Assembly: GCF_036971445.1 (NCBI RefSeq)
Contig: NC_091479.1
Location: forward strand, 15,996,001 to 16,060,000
DNA from: Narcine bancroftii
Taxonomy: Eukaryota
DNA length: 64,000 nucleotides
Direction: 5' to 3'
The notes beneath the pieces were generated by a model. It ran no database searches and was not told where the DNA came from. It worked only from the letters and a program-made list of their open reading frames with translations. Shown in pieces: positions 1 to 63,859 of this stretch (the stretch's first letter is position 1; each line of letters opens with the position of its first letter). The translations under genes were made by a program, and so were the position numbers.

Positions 1-230
1 TCAACTCCAGAGCGCCCCCAGTGGTGAAGTAGAATAAGTTCTAGTGCTCCGCTTGTGGCGGGATGGGGGGGTAAGTTCTAGAGCGCCCCCTGTGGTGGGA
101 TGGGAGTAAGACTAGAGCACCACCTGTGTTGGAATGGGTGGGGGGTTCAACTCCAGAGCGCCCCCAGGGGTGGAGCAAAATAAGTTCTAGTGCTCCGCTT
201 GTGGCGGGATGATCGAACTCCCCCTATGGG
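1..230. repeat. Degenerate tandem repeat (about 36-bp subunits, 146-bp higher-order period) upstream of NPTN
   Basis: tcaactccagagcgccccca...taagttctagtgctccgcttgtggcgggat occurs at 1-64 and again at 147-210. Confidence 0.7.
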
Positions 231-498
231 TAAGGACCAGTGCGCCTCTTGCGTGAAATCGCTTCACAGCGCCCCCACTGGCGGGGCGAGGCTGAGTGCG
301 CCCCCACAGCGCCACCCGCGGCGGGGCGTGGAACTCGGCGCCATGCCCCCGCCCCGCCCCCTCCCCTCCCCCCCCCTCGCGGGGCGGACCCTCGGCGCGT
401 CGCGGTCGGACGATACCGGAGCGAGGGTGCCGCAGTCGCGCGGACCGAGGCTGACGGGCGGCCGCGTCGCGCTGGGCTCCGGCGAATCCTGCGGCACC

Positions 499-53470
<52,972 letters not shown>

Positions 53471-53644
53471 GTAAGTACATCATGAATACCTGCATTTAAA
53501 ATTTAGTACAACCATAAGTATGTTAATTTCAAATGCTGACTACTTGAACTACTCCAGGTTCTAGCTTCGAGTGAATGAGACGCAACGTAGTTCTTCCACT
53601 GTCCCTCTGTACCCCCTCCACATCGAGACCCCGACTATGTTTCC

Positions 53645-53975
53645 GTAGAATCATAGCACAGAAAACAGGCCCTTCGGCTCTTCTAGTCTGTGCCGAAACA
53701 TCATACCACCTGTCCCACTGACCTGCATCCATTCCATAATCCTCCGCACTTCTCACATCCATGTATCTATCCAATTTATTCTTAAAACTTAAGAGTGAGC
53801 TTGCACCACGTCAGATGGCAGTCTGTCCCACGCTCCCACCATTCTGAGTTCCCCCTAAAGCCATGTTCTCTTGTATTTATTGCTCCTAATCTGTGAAAAG
53901 AGTCTGCTCGCATTTACACTATCTGCACCTCTCATAATTTTGTAAACATCTATCATATCTCCTCCTCTTGCTACA
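53645..53975 (-). mobile_element. CR1-like LINE 3' end
   Basis: agaatcatagcacagaaaacaggcccttcgg 3' end, with CLQNYERCR remnant upstream. Confidence 0.65.
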
Positions 53976-54084
53976 CACCAAGGAAAGTAAGTGGACCAAA
54001 AATTTTCCACACGCTGGCACCTTGGCCTGAACAGTTGCAGGGTGCTGAAGAAGATCTGCTCTTAAAGCTTTGACGGGAAGTCTT

Positions 54085-54284
54085 NNNNNNNNNNNNNNNN
54101 NNNNNNNNNNNNNNNNNNNNNNNNNNNNNNNNNNNNNNNNNNNNNNNNNNNNNNNNNNNNNNNNNNNNNNNNNNNNNNNNNNNNNNNNNNNNNNNNNNNN
54201 NNNNNNNNNNNNNNNNNNNNNNNNNNNNNNNNNNNNNNNNNNNNNNNNNNNNNNNNNNNNNNNNNNNNNNNNNNNNNNNNNNNN
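54085..54284. other. Assembly gap (200 N)
   Basis: A run of exactly 200 Ns, typical of a fixed-size scaffold join. Confidence 0.99.
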
Positions 54285-54470
54285 CCTCTTCTCCTCCACC
54301 ATCAGATTTCTGAATGAGCACAGACACTGCCTAACCTCAACAGCCCCCACCACCCTCTTCACACTGCTACCTTCGGGAAGGAGGTACAGAAGAATGATTA
54401 CAAGCACACAGCGGCACAATGACAGGCTCTTCCCCTTCGCCATTAGATTTCAAAATGAACAATGAACCAC
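54285..54470 (+). mobile_element. Rex1/Babar-like LINE 3' fragment
   Basis: Encodes LFTLLPSGRRYRR...DRLFPFAIRF. Confidence 0.65.
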
Positions 54471-54587
54471 TGTTACGGAATAAGTTAATACAATTATGGA
54501 ATAAAATCTATCTTAAGGGATAAGGTTAGATTGAGGGGGGTTTAGGTACATTTCACAAACAGACATCTCACTTGAAGTGCAAGAGTT

Positions 54588-55575
54588 ATGTCGTGCACTA
54601 TCAGGAACCACAAAGACTAGGGCTGAAGGAACGATAGGCTTTAATAGACAGAAGAACCTCACTGGCCTGGATCCAGGTATAGGACATGGAGGGAAGGGAG
54701 AGGTGGCTCGACCTTTATGGCCCAGGACCCTGGGGGAGGAGTCATGGGTACGAGTCATCAGTGGGCGGGCCAGCTCCCTATATACAGTAGTCAACCATAA
54801 CTATATACAATGGAGGAAACATTCACCCCTCTTTTAGATCAGAGCCCCCCCCCCCCACCCCAGTCTTTGGACGAAAAAAAAACTGCCAAGACTACAGATT
54901 CAGTCGCATTGGTGACCTCCTCTGTCTACGGGGCCTGCGGGGAGCAGGGGTAGGGGTGGTCTGCAGTTCCGCCGGCCAAGTATCTAGAGGCGGGGGTCCC
55001 CGACTGGCTAGGCGGAGAGGGTGCTGCTCTCTTCATCCGGGTGATGTCGGAAACGGTCTGGGAAGGGGTGGCGGTGGGGGGGCCTCCGGCACGCGGACAG
55101 GCGCTGTATCCCCGTGGCCGTCGAGTGGGTACCAAGGGCTGGCACGAATGAGGCGCACCCTTTCGACGCCCGCCCCCCCCCCCCAAACCCGGTCTCGACA
55201 GGGCTGAGCCTGGTGAATGCAGTCCCCTGGGGTATTGGTGAAGACCTCTCCCAAGGAGCAGGAGAGGGCCATTTATTTTAATAGGGGGCTTTCTCTCGCA
55301 ATGCATTGCGGGATTCCTCGGCCGCCATTGCCGGCGATGGTTCGCCTCCAGTTCAATGGCTTCCGGCGCAGGCCATTCCACTGGAAGGGTCCGGAAGGAC
55401 GTTTGTCCGCGACCCTCCTGGCGCGTCGGGGGGGGGGGGGTGGGGGGGGCGAGGGTGGGGGGGGGGGCGGGGGGGGTGGGAGGGTGGGGGGGGGGGAGGG
55501 GGAGGGAAGAAGCCGCCACTCGCAGGAGGTTGATGGAAGCAGCCACGCATGCTCAAAGGATGAGGATGGTCGTAT
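54588..55575 (-). mobile_element. Degraded Gypsy element (3' LTR, polypurine tract, integrase remnant)
   Basis: LTR-like segment at 54588 to about 54830 and a C-run at about 54845 (purine tract on the - strand). Minus-strand peptides GVERVRLIRASPWYPLDGHGDT and SFEH..LPST resemble a Gypsy integrase. Confidence 0.5.
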
Positions 55576-55582
55576 CGTGGGG

Positions 55583-55597
55583 ACTACATTTCCCAGA
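55583..55597 (+). promoter_or_regulatory. ZNF143/THAP11(Ronin)-HCFC1 site ACTACATTTCCCAGA
   Basis: Exact match to the ACTACAnnTCCCA promoter motif, 25 nt upstream of the PPCDC ATG. Confidence 0.7.
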
Positions 55598-55622
55598 GGT
55601 CAGCGCGCCAGAGGCGGCCGGG

Positions 55623-55709
55623 ATGCGCCGGGTGCTGGTGGCTGCGAGCGGCTCCGTGGCCGCGCTCAAACTGCCCGAGCTGGTGGGCCGGCTGCTGGAG
55701 CTCGGACAG
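55623..55709 (+). CDS. PPCDC: Phosphopantothenoylcysteine decarboxylase, first coding exon (partial gene)
   Basis: MRRVLVAASGSVAALKLPELVGRLLELGQ matches the HFCD-family FMN-binding motif (human HVLVGVTGSVAALKLPLLV). CpG-rich, with a phase-0 donor CAG|gtgggg. I did not recognise exon 2 in this window. Confidence 0.85.
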
Positions 55710-57470
55710 GTGGGGGGGGGGGAGACGGGGGGGGGGGGGGAAAGGGGAGGAGGGAGGCAGAAAGGAGGAGAGGGGAGACATGGGGAGGGGGAGGAGGGGG
55801 CAAACGGGAGGGGAGGGGGAGGAGGGGGAGACATGGGGAGAGAGGGAGGAGGGGGCAAAAGGTGAGGGGGAGGAGGGGGCAAAAGGGAGGGGGAGGAGGG
55901 GGCAAAAGGGAGGGGGGAGGAGGGGGCAAAAGGGAGGGGGAGGAGGGGGCAAAAGGGAGGGGAGGAGGGGGCAAAAGGGAGGGGGGAGAGGGGCAAAAGG
56001 GAGAGGACGGGGAGGGGGCAAAAGGGAGGAGGGGGAGGAGAGGAGGGGGCAAAAGGGAGGGGAGGGGGAGGAGGGGAGACATGGGGAGAGAGGGAGGAGG
56101 GGGCAAAAGGAGGGGGAGGAGGGGGCAAAAGGGAGGGGGAGGAGGGGGAAAAAGGGAGGGGGGAGGAGGGGGCAAAAAGGGAGGGGAGGAGGGGGCAAAA
56201 GGGAGGGGGAGGAGGGGGCAAAAGGGAGGGGGGAGGGAGGGGGCAAAAGGGAGAGGACGGGAGGGGGCAAAAGGGAGGGGAGGGGAGGAGGGGGCAAAAG
56301 GGAGGGGAGGAGGGAGGCAGAAAGGAGGAGAGGGGTAGACATGGGGAGGGGAGGATGGGCAAAAGGGAGGAGAGGGGGAGGAGGGAGAGACATGGGGAGA
56401 GAGGGAGGAGGGGGCAGAAGGGAGGGGGAGGAGGGGGCAAAAGGGAGGGGGGAGGGGGCAAAAGGGAGGGGGGAGGGGGCAAAAGGGAGGGGGAGGGGGC
56501 AAAAGGGAGGGGGAGGGGGGCAAAAGGGAGGGGGAGGGGGCAAAAGGGAGGGGGAGGAGGGGGCAAAAGGGAGGGGGGAGGGGGCAAAAGGGAGGGGGAG
56601 GAGGGGCAAAAGGGAGGGGGGGAGGAGGGGGCAAAAGGGAGAGGACGGGAGGGGGCAAAAGGGAGGGGAGGGGGAGGGAGGAGGGGGCAAAAGGGAGGGG
56701 AGGGGAGGAGGGAGGCAGAAAGGAGGAGAGGGGTAGACATGGGGAGGGGAGGATTGGGCAAAAGGGAGGAGAGGGGGGAGGAGGGAGGGTGTTGGGGAGG
56801 AGAGGAGAGACGGGGAGGGGAGAGGGGGAGACATGAGGAGGGGGCAGAAGGGAGAGGGGGAGATGGGGAGAGAGGGAGGGGGGGCAGAAGGGAGACGTGG
56901 GGGAGGAGGGAGGGTTGGGGAGGAGAGGAGAGACATGGGGGAGGGGAGAGAGGGAGGGGGTTGGGGAGGAGAGGTGGAGACATGGGGAGAGGGAGGGGGC
57001 AGAAGGGAGGGGAGGAGAGGGGGAGGGGAGAGGGTGGATGTGGGGGGGAGGGGAGATGGAGAGGAGATGGGGAGACATGAGGAGGGAGGGGCAGAGGGAG
57101 GGGAGGAGAGTGGGAGGGGGAGAGGGGGAGAATGTGGTGGGAGGGGAGAGGGCAGACGTGAGGGAGGGAGGAGAAGGGAGGGAAGAGGGGAGGAGATGTG
57201 GGGGAGGGAGGGAAGGGGGAGGAGAAAGGGAGAGAGAGGGGGCAGAAGGGAGGAGGGGGGCAGAAGGGAGGAGGGGGGGCAGAAGGGAGGAGGGGGGCAG
57301 AAGGGAGGAGGGGGGCAGAAGGGAGGGGTGAGGGGAGGAGACGTGGGAGAGCGAGGAGGGGGGCAGAAATGGAAGAGAAGGGGGCAGAGGGTGAAAGGGG
57401 GAGATGTGGGAGATGGTTGGGGGGGGGAGATGTGGGAGATGGTTGGGGGGGGAGACGTGGGAGAGGGGGA
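55710..57470 (+). repeat. Polypurine G/A-rich low-complexity repeat (GGGGGCAAAAGGGAGGGGGAGGA-like units)
   Basis: About 1.75 kb that is almost all G and A, starting at the PPCDC exon donor. Confidence 0.95.
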
Positions 57471-57964
57471 TATGTGGTGTCCCCATACCAGGCTGTGATG
57501 AAGTCGGTCAGCATACTTTCCACCGCACATCTGTACAACAGTTTAGGAGTTCTTTCTTTCCAAGGGTTTGAACCTGTAAGGACTTCCTTTCACATACCTT
57601 TTCAATGCAACAAAATGTTTTGGGTGGCCACATTGTGCCATCGACGGCTGGCGACTAGGGTTCACTCCTGACCTCCAGTGTCGTCAATGCGGAGTGGGGT
57701 AAGTTGCTGGCTCATTCGGCCGCTGCAAGTGACCCCCTGGTGAAACAGTGAGCATGAGAGCGACAGAAAGGTAGGAGAAGGAAACCGGATCAGTGAAGGG
57801 TTAGTGCTGGTGGGCACACATTCGCGCTGAAGGGGCTGTTTTTAAAACACAGAAATGCTGGAGTTTCCCCCACAGTTCAAAGGGGTTGTAGCTCAATTGG
57901 GTGGCACAGGCTCGTGGGGCAATTGGGCCTGTTATTGTGCTGTATGTCAACAAAAAAAAAGTTG

Positions 57965-58270
57965 TTAATGCTATCCGTTTGGAGGGTGCCCAGATGGAAG
58001 ATGAGATTTTGTTCCCTGAATTTGTCACAGTCTGGCAATGCCGTGAGGCCATGGACAGACATGTCATCGGGGGAATGGGCAGGAATTACCAGGAGATCCA
58101 CACTATTGCGGCGGACAGAGCCGAGGTGCTCAACAAAGCGATCTCCCAGTCTGCATTCAGTCAAGGAGGCCACAACTGGACCACCAGATGAAGCAGACGA
58201 TTGCTGCAGATCCACAAGTGAAATGTTGCTTCACTTGGAAGGGCTGTTTGGGGCCTCCGACTGGTGGTGT
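57965..58270 (-). mobile_element. Penelope-like element, GIY-YIG endonuclease remnant
   Basis: Encodes CRLGDRFVEHLGSV...REQNLIFHLGTLQ. Confidence 0.7.
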
Positions 58271-58626
58271 GGAAGGAGGTCTGGGTTTAAGTGAGCCCTG
58301 TTTCCATGCTCCGACTCCCTGGAGACAAGTGAGGAGAGGTTGGAGGAGGAAGGAGATTGTGGCTCAGAATAAAAGGACGTCCCTGTCGAGCGGAAGGTGA
58401 GAATTTTCTTCTGTGGATCTGTGGAATTTGTTGCCACAGGCACCTGTGGAGGCCAGGTCATAAGGCAGATTTAAAACGCCAGTGGATGGGTTCTTGATTC
58501 TTCGGGTTGCCAGAGGTTATGGGGAAAAAAAATACATCAGGAGAATAAGGTTGATGGGGAAAAATACATCAGCTGTGAGTGAAAGATGGAGCAGGCTCGA
58601 TAGGTCGAATGGCCTATAACTTATGG

Positions 58627-59499
58627 CAGGGACAGGCAACTTTTTAACCACGCGTGGGCCGGATGGTGTGTCTGTGGGTGAACTGATGCCCCATAAATGG
58701 AATTTTACAAGATTAAAAATGCACTTGTTCTCTTGGGCTTAAAGATTTGTGCATTCACATTAACCATATAACCGTTTACGGAGCGGAAACAGGCCATGTC
58801 GGTGTGCCCACCGGTTCAATAGAACAACTCCACTAGCTCAACCCTCCTGTTCTCTGCCCATAACCCTCTAACCCCCTCACCTCCATGTACACATCCAACC
58901 TTCTCTTAAATGACAGAAGGGACCCTGCCACAATTATCTCATTCGGAAGATCATTCCATTCTGCCGCCACTCGCTGAGTAAAAAGACACCTCTAATATTT
59001 CTCCTAAAGTTTTGCCCCCTTACCCTTAACTCATGCCCTCTTGTTCCAACCTCCCTTGCCCTCAGGGGAAAAGAGTCTGTTTATGTCTGGTCTATCTATT
59101 CCTTTCATAATTTTAAATACCTCTATCAAGTCCCCTCTCAGTAATCTACGTTCCAATGAATAAAGTCCCTGTAATCCAGATGCTGTAACCCAGGCAACAT
59201 CCTTGTAAACCTTCTCTGCACCTCTCCAACCTTATCTATATCCTTTCTTAATTTGGAGACCAGAACTGAGCACAGTACTCCAAACCAGGCCTCACCAATG
59301 CCTTATACAATACAAGTATATTGCACGTGCACAAATTAACTGCAAACATTGAAAAATCTGGGTGTTGGGGTGGTTGGACGTTGCCCGAACGGACGGTAAG
59401 CGGCGCATACCTGTAACGGCGGGCTGGGTGCACATGGTACTTTTTGCACTGGGTTGCGGGCCAGATAAACTTGGATCGCCCGTAGGTTGCCTGCCCCTG
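58627..59499. mobile_element. hAT-type MITE containing a CR1 insertion
   Basis: TIRs cagggacaggcaac / gttgcctgcccctg (13/14 match). TSD not clear. Confidence 0.6.
58762..59310 (-). mobile_element. CR1-like LINE 3' fragment nested in a hAT MITE
   Basis: Encodes LYKALVRPGLEYCAQFWSP, with a CR1-type 3' end at about 58765. Confidence 0.75.
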
Positions 59500-59820
59500 C
59501 CTTTTATAAAGTCGTGGCGTCAGGCAGCGTGGAGGCGGATCCTTCAACCCATCGAGTACACGCCAACCATTAAGTCCTCATTTACCATCTCTTGGTCTGT
59601 CGACTTCTATCCCTTGCCGCTTCAAGTGTTAACTCGGGTATGTTGCGCGTGAGCCTTTTTCCAGTGCTCCCTCGGGCAGTGTGCCCCAGATTGCCAACAA
59701 CCTCTGGGTGAGAAAGTGTTTCCTCCAGTCTCCTCTCCTCTCGTCTTCATCTCCTCACACTCAACATTCTGGTTCAGGTATCTCATGAAAATCTGTGTAA
59801 AAATCTAAAATTAAAACACA

Positions 59821-59930
59821 AAGATACCTTGACAAAGGGCTCAAGCCTGAAACGTCAGCTATGTATTTTAACCTTTGCTATATAAAGGACACTGCTTGAC
59901 CTGCTGAGCTTCTCCAGGTTTTTACTTTAC
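59821..59930 (+). ncRNA. Minimal type I hammerhead-ribozyme-like motif in a Penelope terminal fragment
   Basis: TTGACAA-A-GGGC TCAA GCCT-GAAAC-GTC followed by gacctgctgagcttctccag. The core is non-canonical. Confidence 0.45.
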
Positions 59931-59997
59931 ACTCTCAACCTTACCTGTGCCCATCTATCAAGTGCATCTCCCCACTCCTCCTCATGGTTAGTGGAGT

Positions 59998-60200
59998 GGG
60001 GTGGTCATGTTAGCATGGCGGTCAGTGGCGAGGGTTTGGAGCTGACGCCATCTGTAAGGAGTTTGTACGCCCTACCCCTGTCTGCATGCAGTTTCATCTG
60101 GATGCTCTGGTTTCCTTCCACCATTCAAACGTTCCGGGGTCTGTAGGTTAATTGAGCAGCACGGACTTATGGGCTGGAAGAGCTTGTACATCTAAATCTC
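59998..60200 (+). mobile_element. HE1/V-SINE-like SINE
   Basis: Same family. Confidence 0.7.
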
Positions 60201-60344
60201 ATAAGCCCATCCCTACCAATCTCTGCTCGTAACGGAAATATTCCATTTCTGGAAAAATCCGCTCCTCTGGACCCTCTCCAGGGATTCATGTCCTTCCTAG
60301 AGTACGGTGACTGGAAGCCCGCAGGATACTCAGCTGAGGCCCCT

Positions 60345-60665
60345 TGGATGTGGACCAGCTGGAAAGATGGGCTGCAAAATGGCCAATGGAATTTAATGCA
60401 GACCAGTGTGAGGTGCTGCATTTTGGGAAGGACAAACCAAGACAGGACGTACACGTTAAATGGTCGGGCACTGAGGAGCGCGGTAGAACAGAGGGATCTG
60501 GGAATACAGATATATAATTCCCTGAAAGTGGTGTCACAGGTGGATAGGGTTGCAAAGAGAGCTTTTGGCATATTGGCCTTCATAAATCAAATATTGAGTA
60601 CAGGAGTTGGGATGTTATGGTAAAGTTGTCTAAGACACTGGTGAAGCCAACTTTAGAGTGTTTTG
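60345..60665 (+). mobile_element. CR1-like LINE RT C-terminal fragment
   Basis: WPMEFNADQCEVLHFGRTN...VEQRDLGIQIYNSLKV...KRAFGILAFI. Confidence 0.8.
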
Positions 60666-61362
60666 TGTCCTGACCTGTTATCCTCTCCTATTAACACCTT
60701 TTATCTACTGGTCTGTACTCCTCCCCTTCCATTCTTCCTTCTCACTAGTCTTTTAGCACAGACACCTGTCTGTGTTTTTGACTCGAACCTTGAAAACGTT
60801 GCTAATACTCTTTATCTGCTCCCTCTCACCTGTGTGCGCGCAACACAGCGCACCAATTGATGCACGCACAAAAGGTTAGTTACCTAAAATTAGACCTATT
60901 GAAAATAATCTCTCAGCTAACTGTTTCTGTTAACTAATTAGTCAGTTTTTTCTATATTAAAACCTGCCAGTACAGTTTTATCGGCCATGAGAGATAGGCT
61001 GTGCCAAAACTTCTCTTGAAACAATTTCACGTTACATTTGCGCAAGTATTCAGTTCGCACAGATGTTTGTACCTGGCAAAAAGTCTGCACAACGTAAAAA
61101 TTTTTTGTTTTGCACACACTGGCTACAAAAAATCAGGGGGAACCTTTCTCTGTGGACGCTGTGAGACCTGCTGAGTTCCTCCAGCATTTCCGTGCTTTGA
61201 CACTAGATGGTGGAAGGCACAAACAGATAGATTTCACTAAATTACATTGCCAAGTTCATTATCGTCAGACGACATTACAACCTGATGAAACAGCATTTCA
61301 CCGGACCACCCACCCACAATACCCAGCACATAATAGTCATGTATGCATAAAGATATAATTTA

Positions 61363-61560
61363 AGGCGCAGGTTAGCGCGACGCAGTTACAGCGCCGGCAA
61401 CGAGGGTTCGAATCCCACACTGTCTGTAAGGAGTTTGTACCTTCTCTCCGAGTCTGGGGGTTTCCTCCCACCCTTCATTTGGAGTTGTCGTCCAATTGGC
61501 GGCACGTGCTCGTGGGCCGGAAGGGTCTGTTACCGTCCTGTATGTCTAAATTTTTTTTAA
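61363..61560 (+). mobile_element. HE1/V-SINE-like SINE
   Basis: Same family. Confidence 0.75.
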
Positions 61561-61562
61561 AT

Positions 61563-61825
61563 ATACCCCTCCACCATCAGACTCTTCAATGACAAATTCA
61601 GTTAGAGACTCATTTAAGGGCTCTGACCTGCGCACTTTATTGATTCTCTTTTTGTTCTCTCTGTATTGCACAGTCAGTTTGTTTACGATCGATATCTGTT
61701 TACGTGTTTTACAGTTTATTTTTGCACTACCAATTAGTGGTCATTCTGCCGCACCCGCAGGACAAAAGGAACCTCAGGGTTGTCAGTGATGTCGTGTATG
61801 TACCCTGACAATAAAACTGAAATAT
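61563..61825 (+). mobile_element. Rex1/Babar-like LINE 3'UTR
   Basis: ccctccaccatcagactc...gacaataaaactgaa tail. Confidence 0.7.
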
Positions 61826-62514
61826 AAATATTTTGGGATGGTTACAGGATACCATTCATCAATCTTGCAGCCTATGAAGAAGCTGTTTCTTTTTGATGCT
61901 CCATCGTTAAGGTGTTTGTGTCTTTCATACTTCGAACAAATTTCGGGGCCACGGCTTTGTTAAAGGGTGCCACTCTATGAAAATTATGATAAATTTGCAA
62001 TTCCGTCAGTACAAGATTTTTTAAAAAAAGATAAGCAGTAGGGAGGAAAAGACAAAGCGCAAGGCGTTGTGCAAACTCTGTCGTGAAACATGCACAGACA
62101 TGCTGGAGAATCCATCGGTTCATTGACCGTTCAGAACCCGAAGGCAGAGGGTGTAAATCGGGTGGCCCAGATTCGTGGGCCAAAATGGCCTGTTACCGTG
62201 CTGAATGTCTACATTTTTTAGAGTATCTTTCCTGGATGGCATCCTAACGTGTGTTTTAATTTTTTTTCTGGCCAAATGGTGCCACCCAAAACGGTGTCCC
62301 TGGAGATGTCAGGTTGGCGATGCTTTAAAAAAAGGGTGTTTTTAGCTTTCTGTTTCCAGTGTGAGTGAGATCTCTGCTCATCATGGTTCACAGTCCTCTT
62401 CTAGTTGGCCACGCGTTCGGTATCTGATTCCTCCTGCAGCAAACTGAAACGCTGGAGAATCTCAGCTGGTCGGGAAATAAAGAGGCAGTCGACGATTCAG
62501 GCCTGAAACCCTTC

Positions 62515-62900
62515 TTCCGGAGTTTGAGGAGATTCGGAGTCACCAGAGGCTCTCGGAAACTTCTACAGGCGGAGAGCGTTCTGGCTGGTGTGGAGGCACC
62601 CACCCTCAAGACAAGAAAAAAAAACTCCAAGAGTTAATTCGGCCTGCGGCATCACGGGCACCAGACTTCACTCCATCGAGGACATCGACATGAGGCGACG
62701 TCTTACAAAAGCAGCCTCTATTCACAACTGCCCAGGCCGGTGTTTTAAAAATGCAGCCTCTATCCACCCAGGCCGGGCCCTCTTCACTCTGCCACCATCT
62801 AGGAAAAGGTTCAGGAGGCTGAAGACAAGCGCCCAGCGGCACAAGGTCGGCTTCTCCCCCTCTGCCATCAGATTCCCGAATGAGCCACAGACACGGCTTC
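62515..62900 (+). mobile_element. Rex1/Babar-like LINE fragment
   Basis: Encodes RVNSACGITGTRLHSIEDI...HPGRALFTLPPSRKRFR. Confidence 0.7.
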
Positions 62901-63659
62901 ACTTTTGTCTTTTTCCTGAACTATTTTTTATTTATTTTGTAACTTGGTTCAAATGGCGAGTCCCGTGACGAGCTCATGCCGATAATTTCTGATTCAGGAG
63001 TGCTGGAAATCAGGGAGATGCCTGAATTAGTTAAAAGGTGGGGGAGGAGAGCAGAAAAGAGGGAGAGTGGACAGAAGGAAGGGCAGGGAGGTGTGGATCG
63101 GGAGAAGGAAAGCAGAGAAACATTTTTCTCCCTCCACCCCAACCCTGACAGAGATGGTAAAGACAGAAACCAATGTGTCCTGAAGGCTTCGGAATAATGA
63201 CGCAGCACAACTGTTGAATGAATCCTTTGGTAAACGTGCATTTCTTGTACGGTGGAGTTCCAGAATGGCAGTGTGCCAGAAAGGGTCAATTTACAGTGAA
63301 CGTGGAAGTGAGCTCAAAGAGTGATAAAGCAGTTTGATGGGGGGGGGGGGGGGTTGTTTTAATGTTGTGGTGTTGCAATGTCAAGCTCAATGTTTCAGAC
63401 CACCTGGTGATTGTTGAGATAAATGGTTCTGGTGGGGGGGGGGGAGAAAAGATCAGCGAGAGGTTGCTCAACAACGCAGCTGTAATTATTGGGTGCTTCC
63501 TGCTCGTTTGGATCCTGAGATGCTCTCTGGCTTTCTGAGTGACTGGAAACTAAACTGAGGTATAAATAGAAATGACTGCAAGGAGGAAGAGGTTGTTTTC
63601 TTCCAGCCACCCCAGGAACAGGTTTGCACCCACAAGTTCACTGGCCGTCGGACCGTGGT

Positions 63660-63852
63660 CATGAGGTGTGGTTTAGTTTAGAGCCTGTGCTGTCCAGTTG
63701 GACCCACTAACCCCGCACGTCATCGGTATGTGGGAGAAAACCGGAGCACCCGGGGGTGGGGGGGGGGAAGCCCACCCAGGTTGTGTGGAGAATGAGCAAA
63801 AGTCCTTGCCGACAACACGCGGATTTGTACCCGGGTTGCTAGCGCGGTAATA
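63660..63852 (-). mobile_element. HE1/V-SINE-like SINE
   Basis: gggagaaaaccggagcacccgg V-domain. Confidence 0.65.
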
Positions 63853-63859
63853 ACATAAA

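Noticed and set aside
55217-57671. Long Pro-rich and Gly/Arg/Glu-rich ORFs
   Set aside because: Artefacts of the polypurine repeat. Only the PPCDC exon at 55623-55709 is supported.
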